Positions 10,189 to 19,312 of a stretch of 40,406 bases of DNA are shown here, piece after piece (position 1 is the stretch's first letter; each line of letters begins with the position of its first letter). A program made the translations under genes and the position numbers. The notes under the pieces were generated by a model. That model saw only the letters and a program-made list of their open reading frames with translations, was not told the DNA's origin and did no database searches. Source of the DNA: Gammaproteobacteria bacterium (lineage in GTDB: Bacteria; Pseudomonadota; Gammaproteobacteria; SZUA-21). The stretch lies in contig QIKQ01000062.1 in NCBI GenBank assembly GCA_003233075.1, positions 1-40,406 of the forward strand, given 5' to 3'.

Positions 10189-10659
10189 TTAAGGCTTAAC
10201 GTAACTATATCCACGTTGCTGTAAATCTGCGACTCGTGCTACACCAGAAGGTACTACCGTTGCATTCAAATTGATTTTATTTTTATCAATTTTTTTACCA
10301 CGAATTGTATTTGCACAAATTTCAAATTTAACACCGCGATTTGCTAAAGTTTGAATGGTGGACTCGAAAGACCGACCTCGCTTGTCTTGGCTACCATCCA
10401 CAAGCGTAAACGCACCGCTGCTGTGAGTAACAATAATAAGATTAATATTTTTATCCCCTAAAGCATTTAAGTGATTTTTAACATTACGTAGGGTTCCAAA
10501 TGCCTTATTGATATCATTCAAGTGATACAAAACAGATTGAACTTTAAAGCCATTATTTGCTTTTTTAAGGCCTTTGTAATTATTGCCACCACAGCCGACT
10601 AAAACCAAAGTTAGCAATAAGATAAAACCGAAAGAAAAAATTGTTGTACTAGCCTTCAT
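10189..10659 (-). CDS. DsrE/DsrF-like family lipoprotein (COG1416-type)
   Basis: 156 aa. Signal peptide with lipobox LVGC. Core HLNALGDKNINLIIVTHSSGAF...FEICANT...VVPSGVARVADLQQRGYSYVKP resembles the DsrE-related family as I recall it. Strong GGAGG RBS. Confidence 0.7.
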   Translation of the reverse strand: MKASTTIFSFGFILLLTLVLVGCGGNNYKGLKKANNGFKVQSVLYHLNDINKAFGTLRNVKNHLNALGDKNINLIIVTHSSGAFTLVDGSQDKRGRSFESTIQTLANRGVKFEICANTIRGKKIDKNKINLNATVVPSGVARVADLQQRGYSYVKP

Positions 10660-10718
10660 TTACTAATTCCTCCAACTGTTAGGAAGTTGTGTAGGTTACT
10701 GCTGTTAGCCTTCACAGG

Positions 10719-10735
10719 TGCAAGTTGTATTCCAG
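10719..10735 (-). promoter_or_regulatory. Sigma54-type -24/-12 promoter candidate upstream of the DsrE-like gene
   Basis: The minus strand reads CTGGAATACAACTTGCA: GG-N10-GC spacing with TGG and TTGCA matching the TGGCAC-N5-TTGCW consensus. It lies about 60 nt upstream of the ATG. Confidence 0.45.
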
Positions 10736-10833
10736 ACCCCCTCGCTACAAGATAAGGCGAATTAAATCAAAGTATTAGAGAGTATTCTTGTACATTCCTA
10801 TACTAAGATAAGCTAATTACTATATAGATAGTT

Positions 10834-10846
10834 CTGCAATATGCAG
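10834..10846. promoter_or_regulatory. Perfect palindrome, candidate enhancer-binding (UAS) site
   Basis: ctgcaatatgcag lies about 100 nt upstream of the -24 element, the usual distance for bacterial enhancer-binding protein sites. Confidence 0.25.
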
Positions 10847-11067
10847 TATAACTTTCTCGCAGCATGGTGTAAATTGCAAATCACATTATGTAAGCTTATT
10901 AATATAACTTATTCTGATTATTATCAATTACTTTATTTGTTTTTCTCGAATTTAAAATGAAGTATTACCGAATCTGATACAAAATTGTCAACAATTAAGA
11001 ATTGAAAGCTTACCAGCATCATTAGAATAATTCTAAATTAAAATTAGCTTACAGGACCTTTGACTAG

Positions 11068-12423
11068 TTAACTAACTTCATCTTGCCTTTTTAATTTACG
11101 CCACAAGGTGGTTTTGTCGATCTGAAGAACTCGTGCCGCTTTTGACCGATTGCCATCTGAGTGCAATAGGACATGATCAATATAACGCCTTTCAAGTTCC
11201 TGTAAAGACAAAAAGTGATCATTTGGAAATACAAATTGCTTATCATTATTTTTATTAAGGTCAGTAATATTCTCAGGCCATTGCATCATTTCATCATCTG
11301 CCAATATGACACTGCGCTCGATTGCATTTCTCAGCTCGCGGACATTACCAGGCCATTCTGCGTCCATCAGTCGTCGCATAGACGCCGAATCAAAACCGCT
11401 AATTTTACGCTTGTAATGATTACTAAACTCGATAACAAACGCATCTATTAAAGCTGGAATATCTTCTCTTCTTTCACTCAGCGCTGGAACATGAATATTA
11501 ACGACATTCAATCGATGATAAAAATCGTGTCTAAATGTTCCCTCTTCCACCATTTTTTCTAAATCTCTATTACTAGCAGCAATCACTCTTAAATCAATTT
11601 CAATTGGATCGGTGCTGCCAACTCTTGTCACAACTTGACTTTCTGTCGCTCGCATTAATTTCATCTGCATAACATCTGAAATATTACTAATTTCATCTAA
11701 AAAAAGAGTACCTCCACTTGCCTGCTCCATTAGGCCTTTTTTCCTTTGAATCGCACCCGTAAAAGCACCTTTTTCATGTCCAAATAATTCACTTTCTAAC
11801 AATGATTCTGTTAATGCTCCACAATCAATCACAATAAATGGTTTGTTTTTGCAAGGACTGTATTCATGCAAGGCCCTTGCTACTAACTCTTTTCCAGTAC
11901 CCGATTCGCCATTGATAATAACGTGGCAGCTAACATTTGAAATTTTTTCAATTTTATTAAATAAAGATTCCATTGCGGCACTATGACCAATCATGCCAAA
12001 TTGATCACGGTGTTCGTGAATTTGTTGTTTCAATAAACTATTTTCATCGCGTAAACGCGCAGACTCTAAATTACGATCAATAATTATTTTTAACTCTTCA
12101 AAGTCGAAAGGTTTTTTAATGAAATCAGTGGCACCAAGTTTCATCGCTTCCACGGCATTTTCGACAGAACTATAGCCAGTCATTACCAGAAAGGGTACCG
12201 TTGGATCAATGAGTCTAACTGCCTTTAATAACTCAAATCCAGTCATGCCAGGCATTCTTAAATCACTGACAATTAACTGTGCGTTATGCAATTCGAACTC
12301 GCGCAAACACTCCTCAGGCGACTGAAACACACTGCATTCAATATTATGATTATTGCAATTTCTTTCCATCACCGAGCAGGTGACCGGATCATCATCAACA
12401 AACAAAATTTTCGTTTTATTCAT
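11068..12423 (-). CDS. Sigma54-dependent response regulator (NtrC family)
   Basis: REC domain (ILFVDDD...SDLRMPGMTG...KP). AAA+ domain with GESGTGKE Walker A and the sigma54-contact GAFTGA motif. C-terminal Fis-type HTH (NRSKAARVLQIDKTTLWRKLKR). Start set to ATG 12423; the track start at 12438 is TTG. Confidence 0.93.
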   Translation of the reverse strand: MNKTKILFVDDDPVTCSVMERNCNNHNIECSVFQSPEECLREFELHNAQLIVSDLRMPGMTGFELLKAVRLIDPTVPFLVMTGYSSVENAVEAMKLGATDFIKKPFDFEELKIIIDRNLESARLRDENSLLKQQIHEHRDQFGMIGHSAAMESLFNKIEKISNVSCHVIINGESGTGKELVARALHEYSPCKNKPFIVIDCGALTESLLESELFGHEKGAFTGAIQRKKGLMEQASGGTLFLDEISNISDVMQMKLMRATESQVVTRVGSTDPIEIDLRVIAASNRDLEKMVEEGTFRHDFYHRLNVVNIHVPALSERREDIPALIDAFVIEFSNHYKRKISGFDSASMRRLMDAEWPGNVRELRNAIERSVILADDEMMQWPENITDLNKNNDKQFVFPNDHFLSLQELERRYIDHVLLHSDGNRSKAARVLQIDKTTLWRKLKRQDEVS

Positions 12424-12467
12424 AAAGCTACTCGTCAAAGCACTGCAATTCGTTTTAATGCTATAGT

Positions 12468-14396
12468 TTAAACAATTTTATCCACACCAAGCGCTGTGTC
12501 TTGCAAATATTTTGGTAAGACAATCTTAACCATTGCCCCATCCTCATCTCTATTTTCAATATGTATACTGCCGTTATGTTTCTTTATTATACCGTAGCTT
12601 ACCGATAAACCTAGGCCCGTACCCTCACCTTCAGCTTTGGTCGAATAAAAAGGATTAAATAATTGATTTAAAGCTTGCTTCGAAATACCACATCCTTCAT
12701 CAAGAATAAGTATTTCTACATTTTTGTCTGATTCGCTAATTCTGACTTGAATATTCGAATCATTTTTTGATGCTTGAATCGCATTAAGCAATACATTAAC
12801 TAAAACTTGCTGTAATTGTTTTGAATCTCCCTTTAAATAAATACTAGAAGCCTTAACGAAATCTACCTTAATACTTGCTAATTTTAATCTATGCCTAAAT
12901 AACGCTAGGCTCTCTGACATTAAAGAAACAATATCAAATTCTGAAAAGCAAGGTTCTGTCTCTCTCGCAAAGTTTAAAATGCCCTGAACGATGCTGGCGC
13001 AACGCTTAACTTCCTTTTGCAAAGTTGACAAATCAGTTTGAGTTTGCCTATCTTCATTTGGAATAGCTTGCTCAATTAGCTCCGCTAAGGAGTTAATATT
13101 CATAAGAGGATTATTAATTTCATGACCAATGCCTGCTGCCATTTGCCCTATCGCTGCTAGACGTTCTGAGTGTCGAACTGCTGATTCTGCTTTTTCTCTT
13201 TGTCTTTCAGATTCTTCGATATGATCAGACAAATAATTAAAAGCGCTACCTACACTCTCAATCTCGTCATTTCGATTCTGGATGTAACGAAGTTGTTTTT
13301 CTCCATCAGCGTAACGCGTCATTAATTTAGCAAGCTCTTGAATAGGTTTGGCTAATTTTTGCCCAATCCAATGCGCGATAAATATACTGACGATGATCCA
13401 TAATAAAATTAGTATACTAATCGAGTCACGCAATTTCGAGACTGGCCCCAGTATTTGAGTTTTGGACATTTCAATTACCAATAACCATTGAGTGTTACGA
13501 GATTTAAAAGGTGAATGTTTTTGGTAAAAAAATGATTGGCCGTGTTTGCTTCTAAAAACTCCATTGGGTTTTCCTAATTTAATTTTATTCCAATTTTTTA
13601 CACCAATCCTATTAGAAAACCTATAATCTGAGCCAACCTGGTTTGCAAATCGCATTTCAGTTTTTTTGTGATATAAATAAATTCCATCTCTGTGCTTTTC
13701 CTGACTCATTTCGACTATGTAGGCACTTGCTGAAAACCCACCCAATGCCGCTTCAACTGCATCATCTACCCGCTTGCCCCACATGTTAACTATCAGCAAG
13801 CCTTGTAGGATATCTAATTCATCTCTAATCGGCACGCTATAACGGATCATTGAAGGACAAAAATCGACTTCACCCGTTACCTGGCCTCTTTCAAAATCTG
13901 ATATGCTAATTCGATGTTTTGATTTTAACGCCCAGGAAAAAAAAGCTTTTGCTTTTATATTTTCAACATATTGTTTTCCGGTACTGGTTTTAAATTTCCC
14001 AGATAAAAGCTTACCTTCTTTAATTTTAACTAGCGTTTTTCCCGATAAATCCGTAAACCTTAAAGCTTGAATACTAGGAACGGTTGACTGGTAGTTGAGG
14101 AAAAATATTGCCAATTCGGTCGCACGACGATCATATAAATTATCCTTATCTACTTCAACTACCTGACTAAAAGCCTTAACGATAGGCACTTTTGCTAATC
14201 CATCGGCAATAGATTGTTGATTGCCCATTTCAGTTTTAATCTCGCGAGACATTTTTAAAAGAGTGTTAAATGACTCTTCTGAAGTGCGTTCTTGAATATC
14301 GTCTTCAAGTTTGCTAACGACTTGAAATAAAACAATAAGCAATGGCAATATTGCCATTAAGGTGAGCGTCCAAACAAGCTTTTGTTTTAGTTGCAT
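12468..14396 (-). CDS. Sensor histidine kinase with large periplasmic (Cache-like) domain, HAMP, HisKA, HATPase
   Basis: Two TM segments flank a sensor region of about 300 aa. H-box GHEINNPL; N, G1 and G2 boxes (NLLNAIQA, DEGCGI, GTGLGLS). Start set to ATG 14396 (MQLKQK plus TM); the track start at 14453 is TTG and would overlap the promoter motif. Confidence 0.9.
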   Translation of the reverse strand: MQLKQKLVWTLTLMAILPLLIVLFQVVSKLEDDIQERTSEESFNTLLKMSREIKTEMGNQQSIADGLAKVPIVKAFSQVVEVDKDNLYDRRATELAIFFLNYQSTVPSIQALRFTDLSGKTLVKIKEGKLLSGKFKTSTGKQYVENIKAKAFFSWALKSKHRISISDFERGQVTGEVDFCPSMIRYSVPIRDELDILQGLLIVNMWGKRVDDAVEAALGGFSASAYIVEMSQEKHRDGIYLYHKKTEMRFANQVGSDYRFSNRIGVKNWNKIKLGKPNGVFRSKHGQSFFYQKHSPFKSRNTQWLLVIEMSKTQILGPVSKLRDSISILILLWIIVSIFIAHWIGQKLAKPIQELAKLMTRYADGEKQLRYIQNRNDEIESVGSAFNYLSDHIEESERQREKAESAVRHSERLAAIGQMAAGIGHEINNPLMNINSLAELIEQAIPNEDRQTQTDLSTLQKEVKRCASIVQGILNFARETEPCFSEFDIVSLMSESLALFRHRLKLASIKVDFVKASSIYLKGDSKQLQQVLVNVLLNAIQASKNDSNIQVRISESDKNVEILILDEGCGISKQALNQLFNPFYSTKAEGEGTGLGLSVSYGIIKKHNGSIHIENRDEDGAMVKIVLPKYLQDTALGVDKIV

Positions 14397-14449
14397 GATT
14401 TTGTTTAAAGAGTATTTAAATAAATTCTTTAAGTAAATCAATATTGTTC

Positions 14450-14465
14450 GCAAATTGTGTACCGG
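14450..14465 (-). promoter_or_regulatory. Sigma54-type -24/-12 promoter candidate upstream of the kinase-regulator operon
   Basis: The minus strand reads CCGGTACACAATTTGCG: GG-N10-GC spacing, with GG, AC and TTGC matching the consensus. It lies about 55 nt upstream of ATG 14396. Confidence 0.4.
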
Positions 14466-14628
14466 AACTTTGCAATAAATATTAAAATAACCCTGGTAAA
14501 GATAGAGTTATATGAAAAAGATAAGCTGCATAAACTTAAATATTACTAAAGTTAATCTTTCGACAGATACTCCCGTTGCAGCCGTTACAGTCGTCATAGT
14601 CCAATACAAATCCATAATCGAGGCCTAT

Positions 14629-15024
14629 ATGACTAGAAATATATTTAAATTTAGTATTCAAATGTTATTATTACTTGTCTTAACTTTAAGTTTAAGCGCT
14701 TGTGAAGATGATTTTGTCCGCTCAGATAGAAGCGTACATCACGATAATTATTATCATTATCACTATTATCCCGACATTCGCGTTTACTATGATACGCGTC
14801 GTGGTTTCTATTTTTACTATACCAATACCGGCTGGACCAAATCTCGCTATCCGCCAAAACGTTTCCACTTGCGCCGACATAGTTATCAAAAACTAAGAAT
14901 ACGTCATGCCAACCCTTACTTACGGCACGGCCGATCTAATAAGCGATCTAAGCGCCATCGAAAACACCGCGGGCATCGTAATGACAATTACGACCGTCGA
15001 CGCCACGGTGGAGGGTATCAGTAA
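14629..15024 (+). CDS. Small basic His/Arg/Tyr-rich lipoprotein, function unknown
   Basis: GAGG RBS 7 nt before ATG 14629. Signal peptide plus lipobox LSAC. The mature part has YYHYHYYPDIRVYYDTRRGFYFYYTNTGW and an RHRKHRGHR tail. The track ORF start at 14512 lacks a signal-peptide context. Confidence 0.7.
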   Translation: MTRNIFKFSIQMLLLLVLTLSLSACEDDFVRSDRSVHHDNYYHYHYYPDIRVYYDTRRGFYFYYTNTGWTKSRYPPKRFHLRRHSYQKLRIRHANPYLRHGRSNKRSKRHRKHRGHRNDNYDRRRHGGGYQ

Positions 15025-15029
15025 TTAAT

Positions 15030-15063
15030 GAGAGCGCAGTGAAATCTATCTCGCCGCGCTCTC
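15030..15063 (+). terminator. Possible weak terminator hairpin after the lipoprotein gene
   Basis: gagagcgc ... gcgctctc, an 8-bp GC-rich stem with an 18-nt loop, followed by actctcttt. Poor U-tract. Confidence 0.3.
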
Positions 15064-15184
15064 ACTCTCTTTAGGCCACCTCTAAAACTTAACTAAGTAA
15101 TATAGACCAAAATAATTTTCTTTATTTTTTCTTTTTGCTCTTACATAATAAGCACATTAATAAAGTAATTGGAAAAATACGACA

Positions 15185-18100
15185 TTGAAGCCTTATGCAG
15201 CATCCGGCTCTAAATCCGGTCAAGCTAAAAAACAATCTGCGAATGAAGCTCGCGCGAAACTTTACTTAAGAACTAAACTAGCTTGGCTTAGTGGATACCC
15301 CTGTGGAGAAAATAAGTGGTTAAGCATTTCATCCGACCGAAACCCAATAAACCCATTAATCATTGATTCGAAATTAATTAGTAGCACTCAATATGCATTA
15401 AATAAAGTAATTCTTGATTTCCCTAGAGCTTTACCTCGTATAATTAATAACATTCCTCGGTGGCAAGCCGAAACTAAAAAATTATTAGAATTAGTCAAAC
15501 TGAACATTCTCAATAGCAGCGATAAAAATATTAGTAATTTATTAGATACAGATTATACGCCTTATTCTAAATCAGCCTGCCAGCTAGCTCGTTCAATAAT
15601 AAAGAATAACAAGTCTTTGTTGCCACTTATAAAATCTTACTCTTGGTTTTTTTATTTGGATTCAGAACAACTCGGGAAAATATTGCTCTGGACACAAGAA
15701 AATAAAATAGAAATTTGCAATATTATTAAGCTTAATGATCAGCAAACATCTCACAAAATCATTTTGAATCTTTGGATATTGGGTAAACTCAGCAATATCA
15801 AACAAACGAAATCCATATTATTTTTATTATCGAATGAAGCACTCTATGATTTTCCAACAAATAATGTTCGGCACTATTTAGAAAGAATAGTTTCCATTTG
15901 CGAATCTGCGAACGCCAATGCCAATTTAGCCAAGGAACCTAAACCTGTCTTTATCAAGAACTTAACACAATGGCTTTTCGAACTAAAAGAACAAGATAGG
16001 AACGCTATTAAAAGAGTTTTAGGTTTATTCAATCGATTCAATTGGGCGAAGTTTGCAAACGATTGGACTCAATATTGGCAAGCTATTGAACCGATAATTA
16101 CCAATGCAAAAACATCAATTGTTACAAATCGCAAGAAAAACAAAACCATTCAAACTTACCCACTGTCACTCTCTAATACAATTAGTGATGCCCTAAGTCA
16201 ACTACCAATCGAATTTAAGAGTGATTTTCTATTTCGGATAAGCTATTTCTCTGCTTCTGATAATTCAAAACATTATCAGGTCTTAAATCTAATTCCAATA
16301 AATCTCTCTTCATTACAAAAAGAGCATTATTTACTCTTTTTAATGACATTAATTTACGATAAAGAAACTAAATTAATTTCTGTTTATTTACATTATTGCC
16401 AAGAACTTAAATCAACTTTCAATAATAAGCGCAATGTTAAATATGCATTTAATTACATCAACTGCAATAAAAAACACAGTAGCATTACAATCACTTACGG
16501 TAATTATTATTCAAACCAACATATTAATATCATTAGTATTTTGAAACGAAAATCGAATATTAATCAGTATTTCAATATTCTTATGTCTCACTGTCAAATT
16601 AAAACACTTAAGCATATGACTGAGGTAGATTTCACTTATTTGGCTCTATTATGCTCCATAATTTCTGATTCAAAAATAATCACAACAGTTTTTGAGCAAA
16701 CAAAAACTAAATTAAGCAGCGATTACGCCATTGATATTAAAATTATCGTGACCGCTATCAAGCTTTGTGGTGAAAACCACCCCCAACTCGCTAAGTTAAT
16801 AGTACGCCTCGAAACAGATTGCCTAGAATCATGGCAGCAGCTCGATAATCTCAACTTAATTTCTAATTACACTAATAAAATTGATTTAAGAGATGAATTT
16901 CTAGAGTATATTTCTGTCTCTAGTAATACCGCAATCGATGAACTAGCTCAATTATGTCGTTTTTGTAAAATTACGACTCGATTTGTTCCCCTTGCAATTA
17001 AACCTAACTTAAAAACGCATACCCCTAAATGGATAAAAGAGTACCCAATAGAAATTCAAGATTTACTTAAGAAATTTACATCCTTAGGCAAACACGCAAA
17101 ACTCATTGCTTTAAAAATTACTCATAAATATATACCAAACAAAAAAGCGCTCGCCCTCGAAGCTGAAACAATAAATAGGAAATTAAGTCTACTTTTGGCT
17201 AATTCGGAACACAGCCAAGTTAAAAAAATGACCGCACGCCTAAACAATATCGAAAAATATATTAACAAAGCTACTTCATTAAACGCGAATCAAACTAAAA
17301 AGTTAGTTAGAAATCTCGAAACTCGTTTGCTTAAAATAATTTTTGAAGATTGGCATGTTAGTCTAAATGATAAATTACAAGCCTATCTGAATAATACTTA
17401 TAATACGAATAACGAATTTGACACGAAAATACGTTCCCAACTTGTCTTATTATTGCCTTCGCTTAAAACACTCACACCTGCTATTCAGCAATTGGCTCAC
17501 AAAGTCATCAAAAGACGTTTATTAGATCCGCCATGGGATATGCGTGAAATGAGTGCCAATAAGACCTTTATCGATGCTTTAGTATATAAAGGTATTAATA
17601 TGACTCCTTGGTTAGATGGTACTAAAACTCTGAATTTTAATTTAGATAAAACCCCGTGCCAACTATCATTCGAGAATGACCCCTTAGAGATATTTCTAAT
17701 GGGCAAGCATTTTAATACCTGTCTCAGCCCAAATGAGTTTAATTACTTTTCCGTTTTCGTTAATGCCGCAGATATCAATAAAAGAGTACTCTATGCCCGA
17801 TCTAACGGTGGACGCGTCATTGCTCGCATGCTGCTAGGACTCTCGGATCAAGGTGGGCTAATAGGTTTTCATGCCTACTCACATCTTCTTCCAAGTGAAT
17901 TCGAGGATCAGGCAAAGTCTTTCATCAATAGCCTTGCGCAAGAAATGAATACAATTGTATTACCACACGCAAGCATTAGCTCGCTCACTGTAAAAGAGTG
18001 GTACGATGATGGACCAATAGACCTTAGCGAAAAATTTAGCGAGCTTTATCAAAATAGTTTTAAGACAAAACTTTTATCCTGCGACCTGGAAAAAGTTATA

Positions 18101-18622
18101 GATGTATTTTTAGAAGTCCTTAAGCCCCTTGAAATAAATGAGTTAACTTTGAACATCATACTGCATCTTAATGTATTTGATTTTCGTCCCGAGTTAATAT
18201 TACCTTTTTTAGATTTTACTAAAGCAAATCAATTAAACATACGTGACCTTACTCGAGTATTTGATTTAAGCCTCTTAGCAGATAGTATTGAACTAAGTTA
18301 TTCGCTACTTGGATCACAATATATTCAAGCTTGTTTTAGTTATTTTAATCAACATAATTACCTTTATGACGACTCAATATCCCATCTAGCAAAGATTGCC
18401 CCTAGCCGAGCATTAAAGCTACTGCGCATATCACGTTACCACGGAGTAAATCGCTGGGATCAAGAATATGATTTCGAGAGATTAGAAGCGGCAATCAATG
18501 CCAATATAATTTTAGGCAGAAAAAACCAATCGACGCTGCTACTTAAAACTTTACAGAAAGCCTGGCCTGAAATAGATAATAATTATTATCAAAACCTGGC
18601 GCGACGAATCTTGAAACTATAA
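15185..18622 (+). CDS. 1145-aa orphan protein, Asn/Lys/Ile/Leu-rich, probably largely alpha-helical, no recognisable motif
   Basis: An uninterrupted 3.4-kb ORF in DNA of about 30 percent GC, where stop codons are frequent. TTG start 21 nt after an in-frame TAA; first in-frame ATG only at codon 387. No signal peptide, TM segment, Walker, HExxH or other catalytic motif seen. Confidence 0.8.
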   Translation: MKPYAASGSKSGQAKKQSANEARAKLYLRTKLAWLSGYPCGENKWLSISSDRNPINPLIIDSKLISSTQYALNKVILDFPRALPRIINNIPRWQAETKKLLELVKLNILNSSDKNISNLLDTDYTPYSKSACQLARSIIKNNKSLLPLIKSYSWFFYLDSEQLGKILLWTQENKIEICNIIKLNDQQTSHKIILNLWILGKLSNIKQTKSILFLLSNEALYDFPTNNVRHYLERIVSICESANANANLAKEPKPVFIKNLTQWLFELKEQDRNAIKRVLGLFNRFNWAKFANDWTQYWQAIEPIITNAKTSIVTNRKKNKTIQTYPLSLSNTISDALSQLPIEFKSDFLFRISYFSASDNSKHYQVLNLIPINLSSLQKEHYLLFLMTLIYDKETKLISVYLHYCQELKSTFNNKRNVKYAFNYINCNKKHSSITITYGNYYSNQHINIISILKRKSNINQYFNILMSHCQIKTLKHMTEVDFTYLALLCSIISDSKIITTVFEQTKTKLSSDYAIDIKIIVTAIKLCGENHPQLAKLIVRLETDCLESWQQLDNLNLISNYTNKIDLRDEFLEYISVSSNTAIDELAQLCRFCKITTRFVPLAIKPNLKTHTPKWIKEYPIEIQDLLKKFTSLGKHAKLIALKITHKYIPNKKALALEAETINRKLSLLLANSEHSQVKKMTARLNNIEKYINKATSLNANQTKKLVRNLETRLLKIIFEDWHVSLNDKLQAYLNNTYNTNNEFDTKIRSQLVLLLPSLKTLTPAIQQLAHKVIKRRLLDPPWDMREMSANKTFIDALVYKGINMTPWLDGTKTLNFNLDKTPCQLSFENDPLEIFLMGKHFNTCLSPNEFNYFSVFVNAADINKRVLYARSNGGRVIARMLLGLSDQGGLIGFHAYSHLLPSEFEDQAKSFINSLAQEMNTIVLPHASISSLTVKEWYDDGPIDLSEKFSELYQNSFKTKLLSCDLEKVIDVFLEVLKPLEINELTLNIILHLNVFDFRPELILPFLDFTKANQLNIRDLTRVFDLSLLADSIELSYSLLGSQYIQACFSYFNQHNYLYDDSISHLAKIAPSRALKLLRISRYHGVNRWDQEYDFERLEAAINANIILGRKNQSTLLLKTLQKAWPEIDNNYYQNLARRILKL

Positions 18623-18899
18623 CGCTGTGCTAGATTTAGGTGAATGGCTAGCGAACGGCGTATTGAATGTGGATTTATAAAATATTATGTTTAGCTATCG
18701 GGAGTCCTAATTTGTTGCGTCATGCAGTTGTCAATTTTACCGAGGCAATCCTAAGGAGACATGGTCGAGGACTATTTGAATACTACTTAGCGAGAAAAGC
18801 CGACGACAAGTAAGTCTTCTTATTTTAACAATGTCTATCCAACTATTTCTGGAGTTAATGATAGGCACTTACACATAAATATTTACAGTCTCGTTTGCA

Positions 18900-18921
18900 A
18901 ATATAAATGCAGCGATTTAGA
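18900..18921. repeat. Left arm of a 22-bp perfect inverted repeat
   Basis: aatataaatgcagcgatttaga is the exact reverse complement of 20388-20409. Weaker similarity extends about 12 nt outward and 24 nt inward. Confidence 0.85.
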
Positions 18922-19176
18922 ATAAATAAGCCGTGACAATCGCGTAATAGTACAATCGCTTTCATCTCAATTTATTTTGTTATTTGAATTTTAGGTTTTA
19001 TGAACGAAAAACACGTGAATCCGGAAGCACAGTAGAGTGAAAGATCTAAATAACATTAATCTACAACAGTGATAATTTCTTTCAACTTTTGACACCGCAT
19101 GTATGAAATATACAACCCAGCAAGCAGTGGTCACGTTTGCTCATCCGTATGACTGTCGAGAGCACATAAAGCCTGC

Positions 19177-19222
19177 AAAAAAAACGCTAGCTATGACGAT
19201 CATTAAAATCGTCGTAGCTAGC
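19177..19222 (-). terminator. Rho-independent terminator of the PEP-CTERM gene
   Basis: 15-bp stem gctagctatgacgat / atcgtcgtagctagc (one mismatch), 7-nt loop, followed on the minus strand by an 8-T run. Confidence 0.8.
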
Positions 19223-19312
19223 CTTGATTTTGGACTCTAATTTTAAAATTTTAAAAACTAAAGTCATTAAAGCTGGACATGGTAACAAATTTCGATACCA
19301 AATCTTAGACCT

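Noticed and set aside
11068-14396. Calling the two-component pair PrsK/PrsR (the PEP-CTERM-associated regulators)
   Set aside because: PrsK, as I recall it, has a many-helix membrane N-terminus. This kinase has two TM segments around a large periplasmic Cache-like domain. I also found no sigma54 motif upstream of the PEP-CTERM gene.
14512-14896. Upstream extension of the lipoprotein ORF (14512-14628) and overlapping ORFs 14651-14857 (-) and 14702-14896 (+)
   Set aside because: The extension would bury the signal peptide 39 residues inside the protein, whereas ATG 14629 has a GAGG RBS. The overlapping ORFs are alternative frames of a repetitive TAT/CAT-rich stretch.
15185-18622. Labelling the 1145-aa protein a type IV secretion (Dot/Icm-like) effector
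   Set aside because: Size, AT bias and lack of homology fit that idea. However, the host lineage is unknown, no secretion system is in the window, and the C-terminal 30 residues show no clear acidic E-block signal. It is kept only as a hypothesis.
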